Source: Octopus vulgaris (Eukaryota). Taken from it: a stretch of DNA of 64,000 nt. Of the stretch, positions 39,487 to 54,620 are shown piece after piece. Under the pieces are notes generated by a model that had not been told where the DNA came from, searched no databases, and was given only the letters and a program-made list of their open reading frames with translations. The stretch is taken from assembly GCA_951406725.2 (NCBI GenBank), contig OX597819.1, positions 36,766,001 to 36,830,000 on the forward strand, read 5' to 3'. The number at the start of each line of letters is the position of its first letter. Positions within the stretch are counted from its first letter, which is position 1. A program made the position numbers and the translations under genes.

Positions 39487-40264
39487 ACGCAAGAAGACGA
39501 AAGAGCACTGGTGCTAGTTCACACCTTGATTTATATCCCTGTCGTCCCATGTTAACACAGGCGGTCATGGCAACATGGAACTATCGGACAATACGAACAA
39601 ACTTATTGGGGCAGGCAAACCTGAGCAGAAGGTCTCGTATGCGCTTTCTTTTTTAAATATAGCATGCTTTGGAGACGCCGACTTCTCAAAAGTTGACCGA
39701 ACTGCCTGAATTTTTTCAGATACACGACCGAAGTTCAGTTGGCAATCAAACTCCCAAGAGTTTCTATTAGTAGTCAGTCTTCTTAAGGATAATAACTTTC
39801 CCAGGGTTGACAACATTTCCGCTGTGCCTCCGTAGGAGAAAATTACATGTGTACGTGATTCTTTAGCAGTATATTAGCAAACCTGCATCTCTACAACATT
39901 GCAGAGAAACAAGCATTATTGATATATTTTAAGTATTTGATGGAAAACGGTATCTTCAACAACAGTATGCCATCATTCTTATCTGTTGCTTATCACTCTT
40001 TTCTGTTGCTGGTATGGTCCTGACCATGGAGTTGCTTCAGCAACATAACCGAGTTAATGTTGCCTGAGTCACAATATAGATTAACAAAATATTAACAAGA
40101 TCTTCAGTTCGCTAGCTTTAGGAAAATACCAGAAACAGCAAAATATATACAAACTCATTCACTTATGCAGATATAACACACACACACATGGATTTTTATC
40201 TGTCCATTACCTTTCTCTCTTTTTTACCCCCCCTCTCTCTCTCTCGATATATATATATATATAT

Positions 40265-40340
<76 letters not shown>

Positions 40341-40845
40341 GTAGGTAGGTAGTTAGATTAATAGTCGTGTAGGTAGGTAGATCGATAATTAGAGGGAGGG
40401 ATATATTCTCCCGTTGATTTCGATGTGCGAGTATCCAGTTGTTCTGTGAAGTGGATGCTCTACTCATTAAATAATTTTTCAAAGTGGCTGAGTTTCCTTA
40501 AACATCTGTACGATTAACTTAATTCTTAAGAAGAATCATCTAGATGTGTGAAATATAGGTACAGTCCACTCAGCAGGCTGTTGGACAGTTTCTGTCTACC
40601 AAAATACACTCATAAGTTCGGTCAACTATTGAGAAGTCGGCATTATTTGTCGGCGTCTCCAAAGCATGCTATATTTAAAAAAAGAAAGCGCATACGAGAC
40701 CTTCTGCTCAGGTTTGCCTGCCCCAATAAGTTTGTTCGTATTGTCCGATAGTTCTATGTTGCCATGACCGCCTGTGTTAACATGGGACGACAGGGATATA
40801 AATCAAGGTGTGAACTAGCACCAGTGCTCTTTCGACTTCTTGCGT
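39487..40845. repeat. ~217-bp near-identical inverted duplication (39487-39703 / 40615-40845)
   Basis: Direct comparison shows few substitutions and a 13-bp insert in the right arm. Confidence 0.95.
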
Positions 40846-42479
40846 ACACTCGACGGTAAAAAACATCTCACACATGTCAGGCAGTGAGACTGAACCCAGG
40901 AAGCATGGCAAGAGAGCAAACTTCTTATATCTCTCAGTCCTGCCTGCGTCTAGTTATGTAGATTATAATCAAATCGTGGCATTGATATTTATCTCTGTTC
41001 TTTCTTTTTAAATTTATTCAGGTTAACTAAATGAAAAAGATTTTGGGTTTTGAGTTGAAGGTCAAAGTTTATTTGTCACTCAGCATAATTCCTGTATCTT
41101 ATGATATAATATTTATTTTCTGTTTTGTTCCCAACTGAAATTTGTTTGCTTTCCATATCAACAAACTTCAAATTTCGTATGCTGAAAGTATAATAATTTT
41201 AGACTTCAAATAATGATTTTTAACATGCAGGAAACAAGATATTTTTCAAAAACAAATCAAAACTAATGAGATTTGATATTTTTTTCTTCATCATATTCTT
41301 GCTATTATCATGCGGGCATATCCTTCTCTGTAAGGTTAAGTTATATGCCAAAAACGTTTATGCTGAAACTGCTTTTGTTGTAACTGGCGTTCAATAATCT
41401 CATTTTGTATTCTTTCCTTGTCAAACATTACGGGCGATAGAAATGTCAAATATTCGGCTACTATATCACATTTGTTGTTGCCTCTTATATTCCTTCTGTT
41501 ACTGTTTCTCTTCCGAGTGTTTGTATTAATCTTCTGTTATTAATAATATTCTCTATTTGTTGTGCTGCGGCAACAGATTTCGCAATGTTTAATGCTATCT
41601 GCAATTACGAGATGTAAATTCGAAAGAAGTAGAGCGATGATGATGCTTTCAATGAGAATTTTTCTTTTTTACGCAAGGTTAAAAACAAGATCGTAATCAG
41701 AACAGAATGGTTGTGTGGTTAGGAAATGTGCGTAGCAATTTCGTTTTTCTAAAATAGATCTCACTTCGGTAAATAGGCAGAATGATAGACATCAATCATA
41801 GCCTCGAGTCGAACAAATCACGTTCACTCCTCAGCTGTTTCATTTCACTGCAGTTTAGTCAATTATTTTCTCTGACAGTCTCTAGTTAAATTATTCCTTA
41901 CAGGTGGAAGGTCGTAGACGGAAACTGAGAAGCCCATTGGAAGCAGTGTTCTTCTCCTTGGATTGTATACTTAATTCTTTACCCTATTTCAGATCCCACC
42001 AGCACATTGTGTGATGTTATCGGAATCCAATCTCTTGTTAGCATTTATGTTAGATCTCCAGTCGAAAGACAACTTCTTCCTTTCCGTTCATCAGTCTCGG
42101 AGACTGTTTATGGTCATAGATGCTGCTCGTCTTTCTCTGACTAAGCCAAATGTAACTGAATAATAAAATACAAAAAGATATATACATAGAGAAATATGGA
42201 AAAATTACAATACCTCCGAAAGTAAAGGACATAAATATTTTTAGAATACTGCGTGATTGCAAAGTGGGTTAATGATATAATAGTTTTGTGGTCTATCAGC
42301 AGAACGATGAACGAAAAAACAGCGCGTCAATAAGCCAGTGCAGCGTGCCCGCAACCACAAAGCTGTGTATATATGACTTTACAATCCTGTCTAATAGTAG
42401 CCTCTTTAGTTGGTCATCGATCTACACAGGCTAGAGTGAACTTACTTTTAGTGTACTTGGAAATTTGTAGCAAGATGAA

Positions 42480-43510
42480 CAATGAAGAATTTGAAAAGTC
42501 ACATATTTTATGTTAAATTTTATCATAAATTTTGAAAACTTTTACAGAATACGTTTTTAGTGATGCAACGGACTTATGGAGAGGATGTTATTTGAGCAAT
42601 ACGCAATGTTATGAATGATACCAATCTTTTTTCAAAAGGTAAGAATATCAATCAAATCTGTTCTGAATCTGGACGTCTTTTAAAGACAACTGACAATGAG
42701 CTGACATCCATATCATTGTTGGTTTACTGTCCATGAACTTCCAGAAAAAGGTAGGTATATGTAAATGTTTATGTCACATGATTTTAAAATTAAAACTGAA
42801 GTTCTGTGCTGTCACAAACTTTGTGCTGGGTCTGCTGACAGGTGGACAAAAACAGAATGACGTCACAGTCAACAGGAGCTATTTGATTGTTCGAATATTG
42901 ATGACTACTTTCTGGAAAATGACATAACAAGTCTCAAAAGGTGCGTTTCTAGTTACAAACTCGAAGCAAAAATACAGTCATCGAAGTGTGTTAGATCATC
43001 GACGCCGCGAACAAATATAACATGTCATAATCACTTAAATGGGATGATATAAAGGCTTTTCATTGGAAGCGTATGTTTAACCATAAGATTATTTCACGTG
43101 ATTAGATGACACATAAATCGTTACACCTTAATCTTTTGAGGGGTTTGAGAGAGATATTGCAGAGAAAAAGCCAGAAACGTGGACAAACAAAATCAATGTG
43201 CTGTATCACTTCAAAACACCCGATCACTCGTCACTGTCTAGTTGTGTCTTTTAGCAAAATACGTGATGACATTAACTTTCAAGCTGCCCAATTCTCGACA
43301 CATGTCTCTTGTAAACATTTTGCTTTCATTTTTCAGAGAATGAAAATTCACCCCGAAAACTTGCTGAATTTAACTGATACAGAGATAATATCGCAAAAAG
43401 TTCTCTACGAGAATTGAGCATTACTTCAGAATACCTGCTCCAAAACTGGACAAAATATTTGGGAGCGGTGTATCAACATTAGAGGTATATGGTTTGAAGG
43501 AAACAAGTTT
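42480..43510 (+). mobile_element. Highly decayed mariner transposase
   Basis: N-terminal MQRTYGED..LSNTQCYE*YQ and C-terminal WERCINIRGIWFEGNK remnants. Confidence 0.7.
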
Positions 43511-43832
43511 AAGTTGAATATATAGTAATGAATTTGTTTTAAAAGGTTGGGTTTTTTTTAGATTAATCTCGTAAAGTAGACGAATCAGGGAATAAAGAAG
43601 TTTTATTAAAGGTGTTCAAACTCTAGACAAACCAATGTTGAGATAATATACAAAAAAGAGCGTGGAGAAGAAGCTAATCAGCTTTTGGGACACAAAGAAT
43701 TTGGACTAATAAATCTTCGAAGAAAACTTAAGGAATTTATATTTGAAATGAAGATGTAAAAGAAATTTGAAAAAGGAAAACGTTCTTGCAAAGATGAAGA
43801 AAAAAAGAAAAATACAAAATATTCTTTCTCTT

Positions 43833-43881
<49 letters not shown>

Positions 43882-44249
43882 GTATGTATTGCCATCAAAG
43901 AATCCATAAATCAGAAAAGTGCACTCGCATTTTTGTCAGTAGAGTGGGTTTATTATTTAAAGTGTCACCATAACTCTTGGGTAACAGCTCGATTATGTAA
44001 TCCTGCACTATTCAGAGATGGTAGTTATGAAATGAAATATGGTGACTGCTCTTTGTTGTTGGAGGTGAACAGACACATCCGGTTTGTGGTTGTTGTGAAA
44101 AAGGTGATGAAACGAACCGAGCAACAGTTAAGTTAACAGTTGGTACCAAAACACTATTCTCTGAGAGTATTGCAAGGCGACAAGAGTTTTCTAGAAAAAA
44201 GTGTATGGAAAATGCATGCATGTTTTAGGATTGGCGTTCTTGTAAAAGT

Positions 44250-44900
44250 GGAATGTGTGTAGTGGTACTATATATGCAGCGTTTTCGATGTGGAGGGGGA
44301 CGTTCCCAAAAGCCGCACACACATCTGTGTTCCTTAAAGTTATTTTTCCTTTTATATCTCGGTTAAACCCTTTGGTTACATTCTTTGGGCCATTTAAGTG
44401 TTCATGGAGTGTGCGTAGGGATACAATATGAGTAGGGGCTTATAGTGGGGGAGCGGAGGGGTGGAAAATGGTATATTGGGTGGTTGTCCACCGGTTTAGT
44501 GCATGTGTGTTTGTGAGTGCGTTTGTGTATGTTCTGATCAAAGTCTTTACTGGATTCCCACGTATAAGTTGCGAGAGGGCCGGATATGAGGGACTGGTCA
44601 TTATAGTCATGATGGGGCACGCAGATATGATAGGATGTGCTTCCTTTCATATGGGGCAAGGATTAAAAGTTTCATTTCTACTGTTCACGTAGATATTTAG
44701 GTGCTGATAGCTCTTTCATATCGCTCTCTTCTCCGCCAGGCATAATCTGCACTTCTTACTGCTATTGAAGTACGAGTTATATTTCTCTAAAATCTCTACT
44801 TTATGCTGCATTCGGTAGCGCTTTCTTTCAACGACCATACGTATTTGGCAGAGTTGTGGCATTAAGTCTCTCCGGGATGTTGAAGGAGGACTTGTGGCTG
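44250..44900 (-). mobile_element. Penelope-like endonuclease C-terminus plus 3' UTR remnant
   Basis: Minus strand TTL.KYVWSLKE...EILEKYNSYFNSSKKCRLCLAEKRAI...VNSRNETFNPCP. Confidence 0.75.
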
Positions 44901-45189
44901 TTATAGCGGGTTCTGAAGGGGCCTTCAGTTGCTCCTACGTACTTTCGCACATTTGGTGTCGAGAACTGGATTCACCTAAGGTGAAAATGCATCACTTGAA
45001 ATAGGAAACTATTTTGAGTAATAACTATCAAGGGAAAAATCTATTAACATAAGAAATTTAAACGACCAAAGCTAGTTAATAAAATATTATGCCCACCTTT
45101 GAATTACTTTCCAGACAGCCCCCATATATTGGATACATACATACACATATACATTCATGCATAAATAGAATAGCTTGATACATAAATAA

Positions 45190-45580
<391 letters not shown>

Positions 45581-46097
45581 GATGGGATGATGGATATGTA
45601 GATTTAAACCACTGCAGTTGTCCTTGGAGATAAACTCACCAAATAAAGTAGGTTATCTGCTAGTTTTTAATAAGGTTTAAATCAACAATCTCAAATGTAC
45701 TGTTTACAGTTTTTATGATTATTTGATTATTTTTTCATCTATCGATTATGCATGTGCACGTACATAGAGAAATGCACTGAAATACATTCATCGAAGTCTG
45801 TATAATTGTGCATTTTTATCAAGCTTTCGTATCTTTATTGATATAAAGATTTAGAATTATTGAAGATTTTAAAGCCTGCGTAAGATTAATTCAGATTCAT
45901 TTTAAATTTTGAATTACGTTTCATAAAATCTCGACAATAATAAAAAAATTCTTAATATATTTTATACTAAACATGATTACAACTTGTGCAATCACATACA
46001 CTCTTTCCCAGTCACAGATTCTGTTGCTCCGTTTCAATGATTTATGGGAAATGAAAGTAATCTGGACTATCAATTTTCCAGTTTAACTGCATGTGAT

Positions 46098-46131
<34 letters not shown>

Positions 46132-46307
46132 CATACACACATACATGCACACACCCATATAATCCATACGTACACCCCCCCCCACAAATACATACATATA
46201 AAGATAGGTAAATAGATTGATAGGCATGTATATGTATATATGTATAAGTGTGTATATATATATATATGTATACATATACATCTATATACATTTATATATA
46301 TATATAA

Positions 46308-46357
<50 letters not shown>

Positions 46358-46758
46358 GTATATACGTATATATATATATATATATACATATAGGTACATA
46401 TATATATATATACAGATATCTACACACACACACCCTTGTACATATATATATATATATATTTATACTCATACTTCAAAGCCAAATCGTAGAAGTTGAAATA
46501 TGTTATTAACACTTTTATCGAAATAAGAATATACACACATTTTTTCTAGGCTGGTGATGTTGGGAAAGAGAATGAGGGACTCCCTTACTGCTAATTCTCG
46601 GGTCGTCCCTGAGTACGTTTTTTCTGACTAGCGGTCAAACAAACCGTGAAATGGTCCATCGGGAGACGGCCTCTCCTTTTCTCTACGTGTCATTAATAAA
46701 GAGAATTCTTTCTTAATCCACAGGGGGTCTTTTTAATATGTGTATGCATACATACATT

Positions 46759-46795
<37 letters not shown>

Positions 46796-48276
46796 CAGCA
46801 AAATTTAGATTCAGATGAATATGGTACTTAAGTTAAAGGCACCAGAATTTTATATGGTATTATGCGTATAAATCAAATGGGGTGATTATAATCAAAATAA
46901 GCAACAAGGATATCCAAGGTAGCGTAGTACAATTGTACTATGTATCTATGTATATATTTATGACAGGCTTGTGTACGGTTTCTGTCAGCCGAATTTCACT
47001 CACAGTATATCGGTTAAATGCATTTTGCGATAGAACACAAATAAGTGCGGTGTCACTCAATGGGATTAAAATCAAAAGCAAATAATTGGCATGCAATCCT
47101 TTTCTCTAAATAGTTATGTCTACACTTCTACGATGATAACATTAACAGATTCTGACTAACCACAATCAACAATTGGTGATGTAGTCGATTCCTATTACAT
47201 CTGAATTTGAAAGACAGGCAGACTAAACTAAATATTTTTGGTCATTTCTTCAAAGACGATGAATTAGAAGTCACTGAAGTGTTTGCTAGACTAAAGCGTA
47301 CTATTTATTTAGTCACCCTATTATCATATGCCGCCGCAGTTATTTTGTCTTCCATTCTCTGGAATCGATAAGAAAGTAACAAACCAGAGCAGTAGATTGT
47401 CAGATTTATGCAAGTGTCCGACGCGGTGTCTTGTGGCGCTTGTTCTGAGCCTTTATGTTCTGACAGTAACACCTGCAATGACACAGGTGCCAAATTGTAT
47501 CAGATCTAAAGCGGTGGCATTTCCATTGAGCAATATGGGTGAAAATGAAAGAAGATATTTGCATGCATATATAACCGCTGGTCCTTCCGTTAAAAAAAAA
47601 ATGCTTACCTAGGCCTGCACTTACAGATGTTGAAGCATGGTTAGCTCTGACTGACGGAGATTCGCGGCGGCATTTATTCCATTACCATACGATCTCTTCC
47701 ACCTCTTCCATGGAGGCACTTAATATATATTTAAGTAACGAAATACTTCAGTAGTTTTAGTCAATCCACATATTTTTTTTTTTTTAAGCACAAAGGCAAA
47801 CGTGTTAAAAACTTTTAATATATATATTGAATTAAAGTATCGCGTTACCTTTTAAGATTTTTATTGAAGAGAAATATGAGGATATGGCATTTTAGCTTTT
47901 ATCAACAAATTTAATTACACAGTTAAGAACAATTGCTCCAACAAAGAATATGAAGATAATCGCATAATGTTTTAAATATGTTTCTTAACTATGGAACGAG
48001 TCTGTCAACAATTACAATAATAGCCAAAGACGAACATTTTCAGAAGAAAAAAAATTAAGATAAAATATGGTACCAAACTATGCAGGTTTTTCTTGATGTT
48101 GCAACAATGATAGATATAATAAGAGTAATTAAATGGCAGAAATAGTGGCAAGACGTGCATAATTGCCTGACAGAAATTTGTTTCGACCTTTATGTCTAAA
48201 TAAGTATCACTTTTGTACTGGAGACGTTCAGTCAACTCTATATATCCCGACAAATATGTGCAACATTAGAAACCAT

Positions 48277-48726
48277 GAAGGTGGCGAGCTGGCAGAAACG
48301 TTAGCACGCCGGGCGAAATACTTTGCGGTATTTCGTCTACCGTTACGTTCTGAGTTCAAATTCCGCCGAGGTCGACTTTGCCTTTCATCCTTTCAGGGTC
48401 GATAAATCAAGTACCAGATGAATACTGGGGTCGATGTAATCGACTTAATCCGTTTGTCTGTCCTTGTTTGTCCCCTCTAGTAAAGAAATAGGTATTTTCG
48501 TCTACCGCTACGTTCTGAGTTCAAGTTCCGCCGAGGTCGACTTTGCCTTTAATCCTTTCGGGGTCGATTAAATAAGTACCAGTTACGCACTGGGGTCGAT
48601 ATAATCGACTTAATCCGTTTGTCTGTCCTTGTTAGTCCTCTCTATATTTAGCCCCCTGTGGGCTGTAAAGAAATAGGTATTTCGTCTGTCTTTACGTTCT
48701 GGGTTAAAATTCGGCCGAGGTCGACA
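48277..48726 (+). mobile_element. Meta-like SINE with tandemly repeated body (two units plus a partial third)
   Basis: Head GAAGGTGGCGAGCTGGCAGAAACGTTAGC; junction GTAAAGAAATAGGTATTT at about 48480 and 48665. Confidence 0.9.
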
Positions 48727-49444
48727 AAAGCCTAATAAAGATACACCGTTTCTAAGGTCGATGTTTCTATTCTGAAAAGAAGGTTGCAAGATCAAAGTAT
48801 GTAGTATGGTAAGAAGAATTGAAGACTTTATGAATAAATCTTCGGTTTATTGTCCAGGCAATAGCTTTCTTTGTCTAGAGCAACAAAAAATAGCACCCTC
48901 TTATTTGGTGGTTATTTCTATTGCCTTTCTCGAGGTTAATAATATAGTGACGAGATTAGCCTAATCAGACCATACTCTTGGTTCAATGGGAATGTCAGGC
49001 TTGAAGCTTAGCAGAATTCTTGACGTACCGGAAAAGGCAAATCTCATGCAAAAATTCAGTCAAAATAAAACATAGATTGGTCAATCTGAATAAAAATAGT
49101 TTGTCGACACAGAATTCAACTGTTTACAAATATTTGCTCAAAGACAGTGCAATCTAAGAGCTGTTTTGTGTTTCATTTACAATGTTCCCGAGCTTAACTA
49201 TGTCGGACACTTCTGGCATAGTTTATTTACAGCACTAAGGTGCAGACTGTTTACAAATGACGAGGTACTACACACTTAATAAGATCCTGTCAAAAATAAA
49301 CAGCAGTTCGTTCAAGCGTTTCAAGAGGATGACTTGGAATCCATGAAGATTTCAAGAGGAAAGCTATAAGTCTGCATCTGTAACGAGGGGATATAATTCT
49401 CACAAAGCTGATGGTAGTGGTGATGCAATATTGGTATTAGATTA

Positions 49445-49607
49445 ATTTGTCTGTCTTTACATTCTGAGATCAAATTCCACCGTGGTTCACTTTGCCTTTC
49501 ATCCTTTCGGAGTCGATAAATTAAGTACCATTTGCGTACTGGGATCGATCTAATCGACTGACTCCCTCCCCAAACGTTTCGGGCCTTGTGCCTAGAGTAG
49601 AAAAGAA
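49445..49607 (+). mobile_element. Meta-like SINE, 5'-truncated
   Basis: TTTGCCTTTCATCCTTTCGGAGTCGATAAATTAAGTACCA. Confidence 0.8.
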
Positions 49608-50786
49608 TATTGATATTAAATTGACAGATTACCAATTCCAGATAATATTCTCACTTCTCAATTTTTCAGAGTTTATAATAAATAATTCTCAGTTATTCTG
49701 TTTTTATTTGTGATGGTTATTTTAGAAATTCTTGGCGCGAAGCTCAGGTAAGGACACTAGAAATCACCCCATGTACAAGGATGAGAGGGTTAAGAAAGGT
49801 GTTAATTAGTTTTTTTCTGCAGTTTATATTTTTTGTAAGTATGTGTAGGTCTGTCAGTCTTGCTGTATATATGTGTGTGCGGTGCGGTTGTATACTATTG
49901 TTGTTGAATGCGTGTGTGAGTATAGGGACGTTGTTTGTATGTGTCTGAGCGTGTGGGCGCCATTGTCTGTATGTATCTGTATTCAGTCACTTGTAAGACT
50001 TTTAAATATGGTGATACTTTGACGCGGTTATACGGAGATACTTTGATATGGTGGTAGATGCAATATGGCTGAATGGTAAAGACGTTCGTCTTGTAATATC
50101 AAGGTCCCAGGTTCGCCCCATTGTGTGACATCTTAGGCAAATGACATTTTATATATTTCTATATATCTTATGTACGTGTTATATTTGTGGGAATGAGAAA
50201 ATGTCTAGAATGATTGTACGCATTTGCATATTTTACGTTTAAATATTTTAGATTACATGTTTGAGAGTAGATACATCCCTTTGATTTTTGCATATATTCC
50301 CATACAAACACTCCATATTTGTTTATGACTATATAATGGAAAATGTATATAACTTATAAATCGATATTTACGTTACTTAAATTATCAGTGTGGTATTGCA
50401 GACGTTAATATAGCTTACTATATTCCAATATATAGATTTATGGAAACGCAACCGATATATCTTAAACTTAGATTCTCAAATTTTTGCTCCAGAACGATAA
50501 AACGTTTTGTTTTTCTCTCACTTCTGAATTCTACCCACAATATTATAACATAACCTTAAAGCACTTTTCTTAGAATGTTCATTTCTATTTTTCTGTATAG
50601 AATCAGTAAACAGAAAACTGACATTACTGATTGAATAAAACGTTAGACGAAACTTGAAGACTCCATCAAAATTAAGTTGAAAGAAATTTAAATCCGCTTT
50701 TAAGATTGAAACCCCCATCAGCATATATTCTATTGTTATTCTTAAAACTCCTTTAAAATAAAATTACCCTACCCCATCAAGATAAT

Positions 50787-50817
<31 letters not shown>

Positions 50818-52329
50818 CTGTTCTGTCTGGGGAGAGTCATTCTCTTTTAGTGCCTTATTATATAAAGAATCTTGCAAACCAAATCCCAAAACGAAATATA
50901 TATATATAGCGAGAGAGAGAGAGAGAGAGAGAGAGGGGAGAAAGAGAGAGAGAGTGGTAGATAGATAGATAGATAAATAGATAGATGTTATGTATGTATA
51001 TATATATATATATATTTACACGCAGAAGCACACATTGATATACCTGTGTATTTGCGCGTGCACACTCTACAACAGGTTTCCTTCCATTAAATAAATGTGC
51101 ATCTCTTTTTAAATACAAGTTTTCTTTGAATTAAAAGATTTTCGATTATTTGTTTGATTGTTTATATATGTATACCTTTGTTGTTTTAGTTGTTGGTTCG
51201 CCATTTTTAATACATTTTCTTATTTATATATAGAGCAATATTGAATTGACACAAAGCAAATATGTACAATAATACGAAAACAAAATCAAGATTGAAGCAA
51301 AATACAAGAAATGAAATAGTTGAAATTGATATAGGTATCGGTTAATCGATCTGCTTTCATTGATTCTCAAGATTATCGATCTATGCACATAGTCAAACAA
51401 TATCCTTTTTCGTTTCCGATTAATTTAATTGAAAGAAAACATTTTGTCAAATCGTGTTTGGGAACCTCCCCGTTATATATAAAATGAACGTAGATGAGTC
51501 ATGATCTCTTCGGCAGCTTCTGTGTTCATAAAATGCAATGCACAACATAAACGATACTGTGTTCTCAACACAAGTTGAATGGCTTTGCCATCGGTTCCTC
51601 TGCACAGGAAGGTCAGAACCATCACGAAATCTATCATTACACTTGGTTAGCTCTTCATTGGAAAATGACTGTCTTTGGCAAAAATTGTCCACTATAATAA
51701 GGCTCTGTAGTTTTCCTTCTGCGGCATATCCAATCGGAATTAATCTTTTAAGAGTAAACTTCTGGAAGATTAAGGAGTTCTAGTTCCTGCAATTAGTTAT
51801 TCATCATATAATATTTATTCTGACATCGGTGGTTTGGTAGAATCGACGGACTGCTTTGTTATATTTACGTATGACTCTTTACCTTCTGAGTTGACACACT
51901 GATACTAACTTTGCCTTTCAGACATCATGTTTAGACACCTTCCCCAAATTTCAAGCGATGTACTTATACTAGAAAATTTTTTTTTCTCTGAAAAACTACA
52001 AATCGTAAAGGCGACAATTTTGGCAGAACTGTTGGAGCGTTGGCCCCAATGACTCGAAGTACTTGTTCAAATTCTTGGTGCTCCCTGTTGAAATCCTGCC
52101 GACGTCAAGCTTGCGTTTCTTTCTTTCGTAGTAGATGTCCCTTGGATAAATATCACTCTCGGGGAGAAGGGTGACGTACATGGATGAGAAACTACCGGTA
52201 TCTCTCATAAAATATATCTTGTGGAGACCATCATACAAAGGTACAGAAACGCGGAGGTCTTGTGTGTGTGTGTGTATTTATGTATACATAAGTATATACA
52301 TACATACAGAATTAGACACAAGTTGCTTC

Positions 52330-53790
52330 AATGCATTCACCCGGGATCACTGCAAAATAAATAATGTGGTGTGTTTGAGGCTGCACCGAGCAACTCCTCA
52401 CTAACAAAGCTGTTATGAAGGAAGCGAATGAGAACCTCCGAAATCTGCTGACTATGTGGCTTGATTACAATAAAGCGTTTCACTCTACCTCACTCATGGA
52501 TTATTGGGACATAACGTTATGCCAAGGTTCCAACAGCTGTAGTCATTACCATTGAAAGGTTGACGACTACATAGACCCCGCAGAACTATCGTTCTTAACT
52601 GTAGTTACCACAACAGCTGGTGGCAGAATTAGGCTATCAAAAGTAATATTTCAAGCTGACAGCTTATCTGCAATGCTTTTTGTCCTTGTAGCGAATCCTT
52701 TGTCAGCCCTGTGTGGTTATTCAAATACTTCCTGATAGGATCTGCAAATGAAAGATTGGTTTTACCCATGTTGTCTAGAAATGTTCAAAATATTCATGAC
52801 CTCATGGAGTACTTATAACAGGTTACATTTTAACTGGGCATAGACTGGTGATTGATCGAAATCTGCGTTCATATTTGGTACTCAAAAGAGAAAAGATTGT
52901 TGATTAGGCAAGGAATATGAATATCAATGGCCTCTCTGTCATTTCGGTCATCAGTGGCAATCGATAAGGATATTGTTTATGTCGGTGTTGTCAGTAGAGC
53001 TGGAATGACAAAAGAATACTTCAGCAGACTTTTAAAAATATGAAAGTCCGAAATAAATTTCTATCCCACAGTGTTTTCACAGTGCCAGTACTAATACTAA
53101 TATCAGGAATATTAGACGGGACATTATTAGCTTCTACATCAACAATTGTTCTAACAGGATCTATGTCAATCAGAGGGATGTAGTTGGAGGTATAAGATAA
53201 GTTAAGACAACTTTTGAGTGCCGCGTTGTGTCATTTAGACAACACCTACTAATCAGCAAACATAGAAGTGTGTACTTCACGTATATACTCAACAGTGAAT
53301 GTAATCATGTCAAAACATTAGGTGAAAGAACTAAATAATTACTGCGAATGAATCAAGGGCGCTTGGACTGGCCTATCTAAATAAAGTCTCGGAAGAGAAA
53401 TAATCTTCATACCTGCTGAAAATTATGCATGCGTACGTATTCCGCCAGCTGGAGAATGTCAGCAACATTGAGAGGAATAGTAGCCTTTCCTGATCCTGTG
53501 ATATCACAACTCACCTAGACTAGGAAGTAGTTACTAAGTACCTAACCAAAGAGGTTAGAATACCTATAAACCTGCACGCTGTGGTAGAAAGTGGTTCCAG
53601 TATGGAAGATATCATTCATATCATCAATAGCTGTTAAAGCGGCTGCAAAATACTACCTTCCAAAACGACGCGACATAGTCGCAGTGCATAAGATGGGCTG
53701 TCCTGATGGCCATACCAAAAGGACACCAGAATCAGAAAGTATCCACATTTTAAAAAATAGAGAATAATTATGGAACTTTTCCACCAAAAA
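52330..53790 (+). pseudogene. Old R4/Dong-like reverse transcriptase relic
   Basis: GCTEQLLTNKAVMKEANENLRNLLTMWLDYNKAFHS, IFQADSLSAMLFVLVANPLS, EDIIHIINSC, LWNFS, collinear with the 59900-62560 ORFs. Confidence 0.85.
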
Positions 53791-54175
53791 CAGTATGCTA
53801 ACTGGTGTCTTTATTTAACCGTTTTTATTTTGTCAACAGTGTCACATACAAAATAATTTAATAGCTGTGAGAATATAGTCACAATACTGAGACGAGACAT
53901 ATAATTGTGTGGTTCACAATACCAATGAATATCAATTTGGTTTTTAATCCATTGATTTTTTACTCCCTTTTTCAGTTGTAGTTCCAAGAGGAGTAATCGC
54001 TAAAAATCACATCATCACCAAAAGCTAATACATAAACATTTACAACAGAATATTTACTGGACAAACTTCCCAGGCATGTATCTTCTACTTCGAGAAATAT
54101 ATATACAGATAATATAATATAATATAATATAATATAATATAGTATAATATAATATATATAGTGTAATATAATATA

Positions 54176-54604
54176 AGGATCTTTTCGGTTTGACCGGCAG
54201 TTTTTTAAAATAATTTCCACGTAACTAAACACTTTTAAACTTTCTATACTTTTAAACTTCGTAGAATGTGTTTATGAAACATATTTTTCTCTTGGCTTTA
54301 CTGAGAAAATTCTATAGTTTGTAAGATATTTGTTGTTTTTTTTCTTCAATTTCTGCAATTTCAACCAATCAATGACGTCCATTGAGGTAAAAAAAACATT
54401 CTGTGCCGTATCAATATGTCCGCCTTTTAAGAAACGGATTGGGTTTATTTACATTTGTGAAGAAAAAAAAACCCTTCCCCCTACCCCTAACCCTAACCCT
54501 AAAACAGATTGAAATGCAATAGATCGATACTAGGGTCATAATTATGGGTGACAATTTCATATGACACCGCTAGAAAAAACTGCCGTTCAAACCGAAAAGA
54601 TCCT
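54176..54604. mobile_element. MITE with ~31-bp TIRs and internal (CCCTAA) repeats
   Basis: AGGATCTTTTCGGTTTGACCGGCAGTTTTTT / AAAAAACTGCCGTTCAAACCGAAAAGATCCT. Confidence 0.88.
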
Positions 54605-54620
54605 AATATAATAAAATATA

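Noticed and set aside
44270-44335. Possible minus-strand hammerhead in the Penelope 3' UTR
   Set aside because: Only a stem and GAAA remain; the core box and cleavage triplet do not match
54478-54503. Telomere or chromosome-fusion relic
   Set aside because: Only three CCCTAA units, internal to a MITE
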